A stretch of DNA of 64,000 bases from a bacterium (GTDB lineage Bacteria; NPL-UPA2; JAUVJM01). The notes beneath the pieces were generated by a model that was not told where the DNA came from, did not search any database, and saw only the letters and a list, made by a program, of their open reading frames with translations. Of this stretch, positions 50,735 through 61,207 are shown one piece after another. Where the stretch lies: the NCBI GenBank assembly GCA_030606215.1, contig JAUWGW010000005.1, positions 5,369 to 69,368 of the forward strand, given 5' to 3'. The translations under genes were made by a program, and so were the position numbers. The first letter of the stretch is position 1, and each line of letters begins with the position of its first letter.

Positions 50735-51865
50735 ATGAGAGATAAGATTAAAGGCAGGGAAGAGTTGGCGGAACTCTGTGAAGGATTCAGGAAGCAGGGT
50801 AAGAAAATAGGGTTTACATCAGGTGTTTTTGACCTGATTCACGCAGGTCATGTTGATTATCTTGAAAAAGCTAAGAGCATCTGCGATATTCTGATTGTAG
50901 GGATAAACTCAGATGCAGGTGTGAGGAAGTTCAAGGGAAACGCCCGCCCGATTGTGCCCGAAGATGAAAGAGCAAGAATTATTGCCGGGCTTGAAGCGGT
51001 TGATTATGTATTTATTTTTGGTGAGAGGAGAAATAAGAAAAATATTGAACTTATCAAGCCGCACTATTACATAAAAGCAGGGGACTATTCAAAAGCAGAA
51101 CTCACTTCAGCAGAAGTTGTTGAGAAGCTTGGCGGGCAGGTGAAACTGATTGAGAAAACTTTTGAATCATCAACTACTGATATTATTGAGAAGATTCTTA
51201 CTTCGCTGCCAACGCCTGCTGGTCGGGCAGGGGCAGACAGGTCTACATACGTCTCTGCCGGGAAGGTAGTTGAGAAAGGAAAGGCTGTACATTTTCCCCT
51301 CCTGCCGGCGAAGGTTTCTCCGGCAGTTTTTCTTGATAGGGACGGAACAATAAGTGAAGAAGTGGAATACCTGCATGAACCTGAGAAATTTAAGTTTCTG
51401 CCGAATGCTGCTCGCGGTATAAAAAAGATGCAGGATATGGGTTATAAAATTGTAATAGTGACAAACCAGGGGGGTATTGGTCTCGGCTATTTTTCAAAGG
51501 AAGATTTTTACAGGGTGAACAGAAAGATGCTTAAAGGATTCTCTTCGGCTGATGTAACTATTTCGAAGATATATTTCTGCCCGCATAGTAAGAGTGAGGG
51601 ATGTAACTGCAGGAAACCTAACATTGCTTTAATAAATAGAGCCTGTTCTGATTTGAACCTGGATGTTAGCAGAAGTTTTATGATAGGTGATAAAACCTCA
51701 GATATTGAAGCGGGGAAAAGGGCGGGTTGTAAAACGATACTTGTCAGGACGGGTTTTGGTGGAAGGGATGAGGAATTTGATGTGGAGCCGGACTATATTG
51801 CAGACAACCTCCTCGACGCCGCTGATTATATAAGTAAGGCGAAGCAAAGAACTGCAAAGGTTTAG
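50735..51865 (+). CDS. fusion of D-beta-D-heptose 1-phosphate adenylyltransferase (RfaE domain II) with D,D-heptose 1,7-bisphosphate phosphatase GmhB
   Basis: N-terminus: GFTSGVFDLIHAGHVDYLEKAK cytidylyltransferase HxGH motif with the RfaE-II pattern. C-terminus: HAD phosphatase (FLDRDGTI ... TNQGG ... GDKTSDIEAG). About a 40-aa linker joins them. Confidence 0.8.
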   Translation: MRDKIKGREELAELCEGFRKQGKKIGFTSGVFDLIHAGHVDYLEKAKSICDILIVGINSDAGVRKFKGNARPIVPEDERARIIAGLEAVDYVFIFGERRNKKNIELIKPHYYIKAGDYSKAELTSAEVVEKLGGQVKLIEKTFESSTTDIIEKILTSLPTPAGRAGADRSTYVSAGKVVEKGKAVHFPLLPAKVSPAVFLDRDGTISEEVEYLHEPEKFKFLPNAARGIKKMQDMGYKIVIVTNQGGIGLGYFSKEDFYRVNRKMLKGFSSADVTISKIYFCPHSKSEGCNCRKPNIALINRACSDLNLDVSRSFMIGDKTSDIEAGKRAGCKTILVRTGFGGRDEEFDVEPDYIADNLLDAADYISKAKQRTAKV

Positions 51866-51963
51866 TCATTCAAATACCTTTCTACTGTATCCGGTCCAGA
51901 AGCTATTCTATTAAACCTATCTGCTGATTTTTAAGAATTCCTTGTGGGTACTCGCGAAAATTC

Positions 51964-52000
51964 TTGACGCAAAAAACTTAATATTGTATACTTTATACAA
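51964..52000 (+). promoter_or_regulatory. promoter plus FadR-type operator of the GntR gene
   Basis: TTGACG (51964-51969), 17-nt spacer, TATACT (51987-51992). Inverted repeat TTGTATA-ctt-TATACAA (51984-52000) fits the GntR/FadR tnGTnnnACna operator and overlaps the -10 box. Confidence 0.5.
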
Positions 52001-52672
52001 ATGAAAACAAAAGAAAGAATTACTCGTCCCAACCTGAGTGATGAGGCATACAATATCTTGGCCAATAGGATCATTAATCGAAAGCTCCCGGCAGGAGTGA
52101 AGTTGATTGAGGACCAATTAGCGGAGGATCTTGGTATCAGCCGAACCCCCATTCGGGAAGCATTGAACCGTCTGGCTCAGGATGGTCTGATTGAGTTGGT
52201 TCCGAGAAAAGGCGCTCAGGTGAGCCGGCTGAAAGCCAAGGATGTTGAGGAGATATACGAGCTCCGAAAACTACTCGAGGGATTTGCTGCAGAGAAAGCA
52301 ACTGCCTTGATAAAGAAAGAAGAGCTTAGTGAGATAAAGGAGCTGGTGGAAAAGAGTGAGAGCTCCTCAGAAAGAAGGTTAGAATATTTCCTCAAGGTAG
52401 ACCTCAAACTACATAATTTGATTATCAGCCGCTGTGGCAACAGCCGTTTAATCAAGATACTTAAGAGTCTCCACAATTTTGTTAATAGTTTCCGCATTCT
52501 TGATGCCCAGTATGACCGGAGGATCAAGCAGGCCCATAAAGAGCATAAGACTATATTAAAAGCCCTTTTAAAGAAGGATGCTAGATTGGCAAGATTACTG
52601 ATTGAACAGCATATTGAGAATGCCAAGAAGAACATCCTTGCTGACTTTGAATTCAAAGATAGGAAGGTTTAG
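52001..52672 (+). CDS. GntR-family transcriptional regulator (FadR/FCD subfamily)
   Basis: N-terminal wHTH (LAEDLGISRTPIREALNRLAQDGLIELVPRKGAQV) plus a C-terminal FCD helical domain. Confidence 0.85.
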   Translation: MKTKERITRPNLSDEAYNILANRIINRKLPAGVKLIEDQLAEDLGISRTPIREALNRLAQDGLIELVPRKGAQVSRLKAKDVEEIYELRKLLEGFAAEKATALIKKEELSEIKELVEKSESSSERRLEYFLKVDLKLHNLIISRCGNSRLIKILKSLHNFVNSFRILDAQYDRRIKQAHKEHKTILKALLKKDARLARLLIEQHIENAKKNILADFEFKDRKV

Positions 52673-53413
52673 ATGCGAACTCCTGTGAGTATAGTTACCG
52701 GCTCGGCGCAGGGCATCGGAAGAGCAATCTCCTTAGCTTTGGCTAAAGAAGGTGCAAAGCTTGTTCTGGTGGATATTGATGAGAAAAGGTTGGAAAGTGT
52801 AGGAAGAGAGGTTAAAAAGATAGGAAGTAAACCGTTGTTAGTTAAGGCTGACATATCAAGGTTTGAGGATGTAGAAAGAATAGTCAAAACCACTATAGCT
52901 GAATTCAAAAGGATAGATATACTGGTTAATAATGCCGGCTTTTGCTCTCGCCGCCCACTCTCTGAAATCTCCGAGTCAGAATGGGATCGACTGATGAAGG
53001 TTAACCTCAAAGGGACATTTTTTCTCTCCCAGAAGGTACTGATCCTTATGAAGAGGCAGAGAAGGGGCAAGATTATCAATATTGCCTCCCTTGCTGGCAA
53101 AATTGGCGGGATAGCAGTAGGAGCAGATTATGCGGCTTCAAAGGCAGGGGTGATCTGTCTGACTAAATCCTTAGCAAAAGAGGGTGGTTCTTATAGGATA
53201 AATGTAAATTGTGTCTGTCCCGGAGTAATCAAGACAAGGATAACTTCATCTCTTTCTAAAAAAATGATAGAAGGATATAAAAAGGCTATCCCGTTGGGCA
53301 GGATAGGAAGTCCGGAAGATGCAGCTAATGCAGTATTATTCTTAGCTTCTAAGAAAGCAGATTATATTACCGGTGAGACATTGGATGTGAATGGTGGATT
53401 ATTCATGGACTGA
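52673..53413 (+). CDS. SDR-family oxidoreductase (FabG-like)
   Basis: TGSAQGIGRA, NNAG, YAASKAG motifs. Confidence 0.85.
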   Translation: MRTPVSIVTGSAQGIGRAISLALAKEGAKLVLVDIDEKRLESVGREVKKIGSKPLLVKADISRFEDVERIVKTTIAEFKRIDILVNNAGFCSRRPLSEISESEWDRLMKVNLKGTFFLSQKVLILMKRQRRGKIINIASLAGKIGGIAVGADYAASKAGVICLTKSLAKEGGSYRINVNCVCPGVIKTRITSSLSKKMIEGYKKAIPLGRIGSPEDAANAVLFLASKKADYITGETLDVNGGLFMD

Positions 53414-53462
53414 AATGATGTAGGAGACATCTTCTGATGTCGATGGTTCATCGAAAAAAGGT

Positions 53463-54716
53463 ATGAATGTCGATAAAAAGGGGGGGGCTTTTGTTGTGGA
53501 CACAGGTAAAAGGCTAAAAGTAGCATTTGTCGGCGGCCCAATGTACGATTACCCTTATTCCAAAATCTCAGAGTTCGAATCTGAAACAGGCTATCGGGTT
53601 GAAATTGGAGCAAAACTTATCCATCCCGAGCTCAATGAACGCATAGCCGATTTATATACTAAGGGGAAAGGTGATTATGATTTGATAACCACCCATTCCA
53701 AGTATGCCCCTTCACAGAAACAGTGGCTGAGTCCGCTGGATCAGGATGTCAATGAGGAGGAATTAGCTGAATACATCCCTTCCACGATAGAGTTAATGAG
53801 GATTGACGGCGAACTTATGCAATTACCAAGAAATGTAGATGTGAAATTAGTCTATTATCGGACAGACCTGTTTGAAAATCCGGAGGAAAAAGAGAATTTC
53901 AAAGAAAAGTTTGGATATGAGTTAGAGCCGCCGAAGACATGGCAACAATTAAAAGATATAGCTAATTTCTTCACCCGTCCACCGGAGCTTTATGGGTTTG
54001 TGTTTCCGGGAAGATATTCCGGGCTCTTCGGACATTTTTTTGAACTATTGGCAACGGCAGACGGCACTCTTTTTGATGAGAACCTTAAACCCCAATTTGT
54101 CAGCCAGGCAGGAGAGTGGGCATTAGGGTTTTTGCGAGACCTCTATTTTGTGGATAAGGTTTGCCCGGAAGATGTGCCCGACTGGCACTATGATGAGGTA
54201 GCGCAATTTTTCCGGGATGGAAAAGTGGCAATGACTACGGATTGGCCTGGTTCTTTTGCCACTTATAAAGACCCAACTATTTCTAAGGTAAAAGATTGCT
54301 TTGCTGTGAGTATCTATCCGATTGGTCCAACTGGTGAAAGATGGGTTTATGCCGGGGGGTTCTCATATGCTATCCCAAAAAGTTGTAAGGATAGAGATGG
54401 GGCATTAGCACTAATGCGCTTTCTACTCTCAGAGCAGATGCAGTATGAGGAAGCAAAAAGAGGTGCGATTCCAGTGAAGAAGGTTGCTCAGGAGAGGATT
54501 CGAAAAGAGGTCAAGCCAGGCTCAATGGAAGAGAAACGTTTGATTATGTTAGAGCAAACCGTAAATGAATCCCTTCTCATCCCTCCAAAATTTGCTAAGT
54601 ATCCTATGGTTGAGGATATTCTGTGGACATCCCTGCAGGATGGGTTTACAGGTAAACTCAGCGTAAAAGAAGCACTCGGGAGGGCAGTAAATGAGATTGA
54701 GCAACTTTTAAAATAA
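53463..54716 (+). CDS. ABC-transporter-type extracellular solute-binding protein homologue without obvious signal peptide
   Basis: 417 aa SBP_bac_1-like fold. The N-terminus MNVDKKGGAFVVDTGKRLKVAF lacks a hydrophobic signal or lipobox. No permease or ATPase genes adjacent. Confidence 0.55.
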   Translation: MNVDKKGGAFVVDTGKRLKVAFVGGPMYDYPYSKISEFESETGYRVEIGAKLIHPELNERIADLYTKGKGDYDLITTHSKYAPSQKQWLSPLDQDVNEEELAEYIPSTIELMRIDGELMQLPRNVDVKLVYYRTDLFENPEEKENFKEKFGYELEPPKTWQQLKDIANFFTRPPELYGFVFPGRYSGLFGHFFELLATADGTLFDENLKPQFVSQAGEWALGFLRDLYFVDKVCPEDVPDWHYDEVAQFFRDGKVAMTTDWPGSFATYKDPTISKVKDCFAVSIYPIGPTGERWVYAGGFSYAIPKSCKDRDGALALMRFLLSEQMQYEEAKRGAIPVKKVAQERIRKEVKPGSMEEKRLIMLEQTVNESLLIPPKFAKYPMVEDILWTSLQDGFTGKLSVKEALGRAVNEIEQLLK

Positions 54717-54734
54717 ATGTGGAGGGAATGGGTT

Positions 54735-55496
54735 ATGAAACTGAAGGATAAAGTAGCCATCGTGACTGGCTCAAGCAAAGGTATCGGTGAAGGCATTGCA
54801 AGAGTGTTCTCCAGAGAGGGAGCAAAGGTAGTTGTTGTATGCCGCACAGAAGATGCCGGTAAAAAAATGGCTGAGGAGCTTGGAGCCTCTGAAGGGCGAG
54901 CGATCTTTCTGAAAACCGATGTAACAAGCAGCAAGTCCATCCAGAATATGATTAATGCTGCCATCAAGACATTTGGTAAACTCGATATCCTGGTGAATAA
55001 TGCCGGGTATCATATATCAAAGAACGTGGAAGAGACTTCAGAGCAGGAGTGGGAATTTATCATAAATACGAATCTGCGTGGCACGTTTCTTTGCAGCAAG
55101 TATGCAATACCGCACCTGCGCAAAACCAAAGGGAACATAATTAATATCAGCAGTATGGTAGGGCTTGTCGGCCAGCCAAATGCAGGAGCTTATTCTGCTA
55201 CCAAGGGCGGTCAGATAGCCATGAGCAAGGGCATGGCAATCGACTTTGCACCGGATGGGATTCGTGTAAACGTTATCTGTCCGGGCTGGATCCAAACCCC
55301 GTTGGTCGAGGATTGGTTTTCTCAACAGAAAGACCCGGAGGCCGCGCGCAAATATATCTTTGGTCAGCACCCGCTCGGCCGTATTGGAACGATTGAAGAG
55401 TGCGGCAGGGCAGCCCTTTATCTGGCAAGTGATGATGCCGCTTTTGTAACCGGTATTACACTCAATATTGACGGCGGCGTAACTCTGGGATATTGA
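54735..55496 (+). CDS. SDR-family oxidoreductase
   Basis: TGSSKGIGEG, NNAG, YSATKGG motifs. The track ORF starts at 54717. Confidence 0.85.
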   Translation: MKLKDKVAIVTGSSKGIGEGIARVFSREGAKVVVVCRTEDAGKKMAEELGASEGRAIFLKTDVTSSKSIQNMINAAIKTFGKLDILVNNAGYHISKNVEETSEQEWEFIINTNLRGTFLCSKYAIPHLRKTKGNIINISSMVGLVGQPNAGAYSATKGGQIAMSKGMAIDFAPDGIRVNVICPGWIQTPLVEDWFSQQKDPEAARKYIFGQHPLGRIGTIEECGRAALYLASDDAAFVTGITLNIDGGVTLGY

Positions 55497-55502
55497 TTCG
55501 TT

Positions 55503-56960
55503 GTGGATATAACTACCTACAAAAACTATATTGATGGGGAATGGCGGGATTCAATATCTAAAAAGACATTTTTGGATATCAACCCTGCTAACAAAGAAGA
55601 GGTAATTGGTTACTTCCAGCAATCAAGTGTAGCGGATGTGAGAAAGGCAATTGAATCTGCAGCTCAGGCTTTTAAGGAATGGAGAAGGTATCCACCTGCG
55701 AAACGGGCACAAACTCTCTCCCGGGCCCTTGTTCTATTGAAGGAGAGGAAGAAAAACATAGCCAGAGATTTGACTTTAGAAGAAGGGAAGACTTTAAGAG
55801 AGTCCCGGGCTGAGGTTGAATCAGCAATAAAGGAGATGGAATTTCAGATTGGCGAGGGGCGGCGGATTTTTGGTAAGAGCTCTCCTTCTGAGAAAGAAAA
55901 AGTCTTCTCTTATACTGTGAGGCAGCCGCTTGGTGCTGTCTCAATCTTAAGTCCCTGGAACTTTCCCGTGAATGTTCCCTGCCGGAAGCTCACACCGGCG
56001 TTAGTTGCCGGGAATACTGTTGTCTTTAAGCCAGCTTCTTTTACTCCTCTTTCGGGTCTAAGGTTGGTAGAAATGTTTGTTGAGGCTGGGATTCCGAAAG
56101 GGGTTTTGAATTTTGTTACCGGTTCTGGCTCTGAAATAGGCGATGAGATGGTTACCAATCCTTCCATCAAGGCTGTATCCTTTACCGGGTCAACAGAGAT
56201 TGGATTAAGGATAAATAGCGTTGCTTCACAGAATATGACCAAAATGCAGTTAGAGATGGGAGGGAAAAATCCTGCAGTTGTTTTAGAGGATGCGGATTTA
56301 GAGCTTGCTGCAGATGATATATTGCTTGCTGCATATAGCTGCTCCGGTCAATGGTGCACCTCAACCAGCAGGGCAATTTTAGTTGAGAAAATAGCCAATG
56401 AATTTATTGACATTTTAATTGAGAAGGCGAAGAAGATTAAAGTCGGAGATGGTCTCAATCCGGATATCACGATGGGACCTTTAGCCGGAGAATCACAATT
56501 TAAAAAGGTCTTAGATTATATAGAAATAGGCAGAGAAGAGGGGGCAAAGATTATAGTGGGTGGAAAAAGGATGGAAGGTAGTGGGTATGATAAAGGATTC
56601 TTTATTGAACCTACTATTTTTGTTGATGTTAATCCTGAAATGAGGATTGCACAGGAGGAGATATTTGGTCCGGTACTTTCTATAATAAGGGTTAACTCTT
56701 TTGAAGAAGCATTGAAAGTGGCTAATGGGGTTAAGTACGGACTCTCTTCCTCCATTTACACCAAGGATGTCTCAAAAGCTTTAAGGTTTGTTGAAGATAG
56801 TGAAGTGGGACTTACTCACCTTAATTTGCCCACAAGTTATAAGGAGGTACATCTTCCTTTTGGTGGAATCAAATCCTCTGGATTTGGCCTTCCTGAAGCT
56901 GGTGAGACCGGGATTGAATTCTTCACCGAGAATAAATCAGTGTATATAAATTATGGATAA
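55503..56960 (+). CDS. NAD(P)-dependent aldehyde dehydrogenase
   Basis: LSPWNFP, FTGST, EMGGKNP and catalytic Cys (CSGQWC) motifs. Confidence 0.9.
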   Translation: MDITTYKNYIDGEWRDSISKKTFLDINPANKEEVIGYFQQSSVADVRKAIESAAQAFKEWRRYPPAKRAQTLSRALVLLKERKKNIARDLTLEEGKTLRESRAEVESAIKEMEFQIGEGRRIFGKSSPSEKEKVFSYTVRQPLGAVSILSPWNFPVNVPCRKLTPALVAGNTVVFKPASFTPLSGLRLVEMFVEAGIPKGVLNFVTGSGSEIGDEMVTNPSIKAVSFTGSTEIGLRINSVASQNMTKMQLEMGGKNPAVVLEDADLELAADDILLAAYSCSGQWCTSTSRAILVEKIANEFIDILIEKAKKIKVGDGLNPDITMGPLAGESQFKKVLDYIEIGREEGAKIIVGGKRMEGSGYDKGFFIEPTIFVDVNPEMRIAQEEIFGPVLSIIRVNSFEEALKVANGVKYGLSSSIYTKDVSKALRFVEDSEVGLTHLNLPTSYKEVHLPFGGIKSSGFGLPEAGETGIEFFTENKSVYINYG

Positions 56961-57909
56961 TTCTGTATTGATAGATATGCTAAAGAAGATGGTTACCATA
57001 AGATACTTTGAGGAATCCATATATGATGTCTACACCCGTGGTTTGATGCCGGGGCTTGCCCATCTCTATATTGGCGAGGAAGCAATTGCTGTAGGAGTGT
57101 GTGAGAATTTAAAGAGAGATGACCTCATTACCAGCACCCATCGCGGTCATGGACATTTGATAGCTAAAGGCGGTGACCTGAACAAGATGATGGCTGAGGT
57201 GATAGGCAAAGAGACAGGCTATTGTAAAGGAAAGGGTGGCTCAATGCACATTGCTGACCCTGACTTGGGGATTATTGGAGCTAATGGAATTGTAGCTGGC
57301 AGTATCCCTATTGCTGCAGGTTTAGGGCTGGCCTCAAAAATCAAGAACGATGGAAGGGTGATAGTCTGTTTCTTTGGGGAGGGTGCTTCAAACCAGGGAG
57401 CTTTCCATGAAGGCATTAATATGGGCTCTCTGTGGAACCTTCCGATAGTTTATGTATGTGAGAATAATCTTTACGGGATCTCGGTTCATCAATCAAGGGC
57501 CCAGAAGATAAAAGATGTAGCAGTTCGAGCCAAGTCATATGATATTCCGGGAGAAGTAGTTGATGGAAACGATGTTTTAGCCGTCTACGATGCTGCAAAG
57601 ATTGCTGTAGAGCGGGCAAAAGAAGGTCTCGGCCCTACATTTATTGAGTGTAAGACATATCGCTGGGGAGGGCACCATGTAGGAGATCCAGGCACAGCAT
57701 ATCGAGCAAAGGAAGAGGTTGATATGTGGAAGGATAAATGCCCGATTAAGAGATTTAAGAGCCTTCTTATTAAAGAGAGGGTATTGAGTGAACCTGAGAT
57801 AGAGAGGCTTGAGGAAAAGGTAAAGAAGGATGTGGATGTGGCAGTAACATTTGCTAAAGAGAGTCCTTATCCGCTTCCCGAGGAGGCTTTAGAGGATATC
57901 ATTATATAG
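56953..57909 (+). CDS. TPP-dependent dehydrogenase E1 component, alpha subunit (acetoin/pyruvate dehydrogenase type)
   Basis: TPP-binding GxG...N motif region (LAHLYIGEEA...GGSMHIAD...GDG-like). 318 aa. Confidence 0.85.
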   Translation: MDNSVLIDMLKKMVTIRYFEESIYDVYTRGLMPGLAHLYIGEEAIAVGVCENLKRDDLITSTHRGHGHLIAKGGDLNKMMAEVIGKETGYCKGKGGSMHIADPDLGIIGANGIVAGSIPIAAGLGLASKIKNDGRVIVCFFGEGASNQGAFHEGINMGSLWNLPIVYVCENNLYGISVHQSRAQKIKDVAVRAKSYDIPGEVVDGNDVLAVYDAAKIAVERAKEGLGPTFIECKTYRWGGHHVGDPGTAYRAKEEVDMWKDKCPIKRFKSLLIKERVLSEPEIERLEEKVKKDVDVAVTFAKESPYPLPEEALEDIII

Positions 57910-57919
57910 AGGAAAGAAG

Positions 57920-58894
57920 TTGAGAGAAATTACCTATGCTCAGGCAATATCTGAAGCTATTGCTGAGGAGATGCGTCTGGATGAAAATGTTATTCTGTTG
58001 GGTGAGGATGTAGGAATATTAGGAGGAAATTTCCGGACTACCACGGGGTTATATGAAGAATTTGGAGAAGAAAGGGTTTTAGACACCCCTATCTCAGAGG
58101 CAGGCATTGTTGGTTGTGCTCTGGGTCTGGCTATAAGGGGTATGAGACCCATCGCGGAGATTATGTTTGGTGATTTTCTCTGTTTGGCAATGGATCAGAT
58201 TGTTAATCAGGTGGCTAAGATCAGATACATGTCCGGAGGTAGAATAAGGGTCCCTTTAGTCATCAGGACTAATATTGGTGCGGGGAGGTCATCAGCCGCT
58301 CAACATTCCCAGAGTCTGCATTCATGGTTCTTACATACACCGGGTATCGAATCAGTGATGCCTTCCAGTCCCTATGAAGTAAAAGGGCTCCTGAAAAGTG
58401 CTATAAGGGATGATAATCCAGTTGTTGTCTTTGAACACAAGATGCTCTATAACAAAAAAGGCGAAGTCCCCGAAAAAGAATGCCTCATTCCCATTGGAAT
58501 TTCTGAAGTCAAAAGAGAGGGTGGAGATGTAACCATTGTAGCTACTTCCTCCATGGTTGGTGAATCCCTTGAACTTGCTATACAATTAGAGAAGGAAGGT
58601 ATAAGTATAGAGGTGATAGATCTCCGGAGCCTCGTTCCTATGGACGAAGAGACGATAATTAATTCTGTCAGGAAAACTGGCCGGTTGGTCCTTGTTGACG
58701 AAGGTGTGACAAGAGGGGGGATAACAGCTGAGATAGCCACTATGGTTATGGAAAAGGCGTTTGATTGCCTCAACGCACCCATTGAGAGGGTAGGAAATGA
58801 AAATACTCCCATCCCCTTCAGCCCTGTCCTGGAGAGATATGTCATACCCAATAGAGAAAAGATAGAAAAAGCAGTTAGGAAAGCCATAAAGTAG
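57920..58894 (+). CDS. TPP-dependent dehydrogenase E1 component, beta subunit
   Basis: Transketolase-like pyrimidine-binding and C-terminal domains. 324 aa. Confidence 0.85.
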   Translation: MREITYAQAISEAIAEEMRLDENVILLGEDVGILGGNFRTTTGLYEEFGEERVLDTPISEAGIVGCALGLAIRGMRPIAEIMFGDFLCLAMDQIVNQVAKIRYMSGGRIRVPLVIRTNIGAGRSSAAQHSQSLHSWFLHTPGIESVMPSSPYEVKGLLKSAIRDDNPVVVFEHKMLYNKKGEVPEKECLIPIGISEVKREGGDVTIVATSSMVGESLELAIQLEKEGISIEVIDLRSLVPMDEETIINSVRKTGRLVLVDEGVTRGGITAEIATMVMEKAFDCLNAPIERVGNENTPIPFSPVLERYVIPNREKIEKAVRKAIK

Positions 58895-58908
58895 AGCGAT
58901 GTTATATT

Positions 58909-59853
58909 CTAAGAATTGCCAAGACAAAATGTATTTAAATATCTCTCTCCTGTATCCGGGAAAACCACCACAATAAGTTTACCTTTATTCTCCTTCCTTT
59001 TTCCTACTTCCATTCCTGCCCAGGTTGCGGCGCCTGAGGAAATACCCGCTAATATTCCTTCTTCTTTCGCCAGCCTCATCATCGTTACTCTTGCGTCCTC
59101 ACTTTTTACTTTGACTATCTCATCAATCAACTCCATCTTCAATACCTCGGGAATGAATCCTGCGCCGATGCCCTGGATTTTATGAGATTTAGCTTCAGCC
59201 TGCCCGCCATATTTCTGGCGGGAGAGAATTGGGGATTCTTCCGGTTCAACTGCAACAACTTTGAATCCGGGTTTCCTTTTCTTTATCACTTCTGCCACAC
59301 CTGTAATTGTTCCACCTGTCCCAACTCCTGCCACAAGAATATCTACCTCTCCATCTGTATCACGCCATATCTCTTCGGCTGTAGTCTCTCTATGTATTTT
59401 AGGATTTGCCGGATTTTTAAATTGTTGTGGCATGAAGGAATTTGGCGTTTGTTTAACCAGTTCCTCGGCTTTCTTAATTGCTCCATTCATTCCTTCTGAG
59501 CCCGGCGTCAGGACTAATTTTGCTCCAAGGGCGGTTAAAAGTTTCCTCCTTTCAACGCTCATTGTATCAGGCATTGTTACAATTAGTTTATAGCCTTTAG
59601 CCGCACAGACAAATGCTAAGGCAATGCCGGTATTTCCACTGGTGGGTTCAATAATTACGGTATCTTTATTAATCGCACCTTTCCTCTCTGCCTCTTCAAT
59701 CATGGAAACTCCAATCCTGTCCTTTATGCTGGATAAGGGATTGAAGGATTCAAGTTTTGCTACTAAGTTTGCCTCTAACCCAGAAGCTATTCTATTTAAC
59801 CTCACCAGAGGAGTAGTCCCAATTAACTTTGTAATATCATCTGCAATTCTCAT
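58909..59853 (-). CDS. cysK: cysteine synthase A (O-acetylserine sulfhydrylase)
   Basis: PLP-lysine motif SSIKDRIG and the glycine-rich loop GTGGTITG. Confidence 0.9.
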   Translation of the reverse strand: MRIADDITKLIGTTPLVRLNRIASGLEANLVAKLESFNPLSSIKDRIGVSMIEEAERKGAINKDTVIIEPTSGNTGIALAFVCAAKGYKLIVTMPDTMSVERRKLLTALGAKLVLTPGSEGMNGAIKKAEELVKQTPNSFMPQQFKNPANPKIHRETTAEEIWRDTDGEVDILVAGVGTGGTITGVAEVIKKRKPGFKVVAVEPEESPILSRQKYGGQAEAKSHKIQGIGAGFIPEVLKMELIDEIVKVKSEDARVTMMRLAKEEGILAGISSGAATWAGMEVGKRKENKGKLIVVVFPDTGERYLNTFCLGNS

Positions 59854-59905
59854 ATTATAAATTATATATGATTAAGAGCAGCTTGTTAAGCGATTTTTGT
59901 ATTCA

Positions 59906-59934
59906 TTGACAAAATCTCATCGCGGTAATATAAT
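59906..59934 (+). promoter_or_regulatory. consensus sigma70 promoter of hisS
   Basis: TTGACA, 17-nt spacer, TATAAT, about 21 nt upstream of the TTG start. Confidence 0.5.
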
Positions 59935-59955
59935 CTCAGTTGAGGTGGTAAAGTC

Positions 59956-61200
59956 TTGACCATAAAAGCGCCCAGGGGGACTGAGGATGTTCTCCCTGGT
60001 GAAATAGAGAAATGGCAGAGGATAGAGCAGACTGCACGAGAGTTATTTCTCCTTTATAATTACAGAGAAATCCGAACTCCGCTCTTTGAGGATACCCGCC
60101 TTTTTGAGCGAAGTATCGGGGAAAGCACAGATATTGTTGAGAAGGAGATGTATACTTTCCTCGATAAGAAGGGCAGGAGTCTCACGCTGCGGCCTGAGGG
60201 AACCGCACCTGTAGTTAGAGCTTATCTGGAACATAAACTCTACGCTAAGGGTGGAGTGAATAAGTTTTTCTATATCGGGTCTTTCTTCCGCTATGAAAGA
60301 CCACAGGCGGGCAGGAACAGACAATTTTATCAGATTGGAGTGGAAGCAATTGGTTCGGATAGTCCTGCTCTTGATGCAGAGGTTATAAATCTCTCTTTAC
60401 ACTTCTTAAGTTCTCTCGGACTTAAGACTTTACATATTGCGCTTAATAGCATAGGATGTTCTGCCTGCCAGCCCCTTTACAGGGAAAAACTTAAACAATT
60501 CCTGAACGAGCATATTGACAAACTCTGCGATGATTGCCGCAGGAGAACTGAATCCAATCCTCTGAGGGTTCTTGACTGTAAAAAGGAGGGGTGTGTCTCT
60601 ATTTTGAAAAATGCTCCATCTACTTTGGATTTTCTCTGTCCAGCCTGCAAGGAACATTTTGAATCTGTGAAACATTATCTTAAAATGCTTGGTCTAAATT
60701 ATCAGATTGCTCCAAATCTTGTGCGTGGACTTGACTATTACACAAGGACGACTTTTGAAGTTGTGCATTCAGGGCTCGGCGCACAGAATGCAGTTGCGGC
60801 CGGAGGCAGGTTTGATGGACTTGTAGAAGAGTTTGGAGGTGAGTCAACACCTGCAGTTGGGTTTGCGGCAGGGGTTGAGCGTATTGCACTTGCGATGGAC
60901 GGGGAAGGAGTGAAGGTGTCTGATGGAAAGCAGACTTTTACATTTATCGCTCTTTTGGGGAAAGAATACCTTGAAGGAGGACTCTTATTGTTAAATGAAC
61001 TCAGGCGTTCAGGCATTTCAGCCGAGATGGATTATGAAGGAAGAAGCCTTAAGTCGCAGTTCAGAGTTGCGGATAAACTCGGAGTGAAGTTTACTATCAT
61101 ACTGGGGCAGGAGGGAGCAACTTTAAGGGATATGGTCAAAGGCGAGCAGGAGGAAGTGAAGAGAGAAGAAGTTGTTTCCATCTTGAAAAGGGAAAAGTAG
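59956..61200 (+). CDS. hisS: histidine--tRNA ligase
   Basis: Class II aaRS motifs and a HisRS anticodon-binding C-terminus. TTG start with a GAGGTGG RBS. Confidence 0.95.
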   Translation: MTIKAPRGTEDVLPGEIEKWQRIEQTARELFLLYNYREIRTPLFEDTRLFERSIGESTDIVEKEMYTFLDKKGRSLTLRPEGTAPVVRAYLEHKLYAKGGVNKFFYIGSFFRYERPQAGRNRQFYQIGVEAIGSDSPALDAEVINLSLHFLSSLGLKTLHIALNSIGCSACQPLYREKLKQFLNEHIDKLCDDCRRRTESNPLRVLDCKKEGCVSILKNAPSTLDFLCPACKEHFESVKHYLKMLGLNYQIAPNLVRGLDYYTRTTFEVVHSGLGAQNAVAAGGRFDGLVEEFGGESTPAVGFAAGVERIALAMDGEGVKVSDGKQTFTFIALLGKEYLEGGLLLLNELRRSGISAEMDYEGRSLKSQFRVADKLGVKFTIILGQEGATLRDMVKGEQEEVKREEVVSILKREK

Positions 61201-61207
61201 GGAGATT

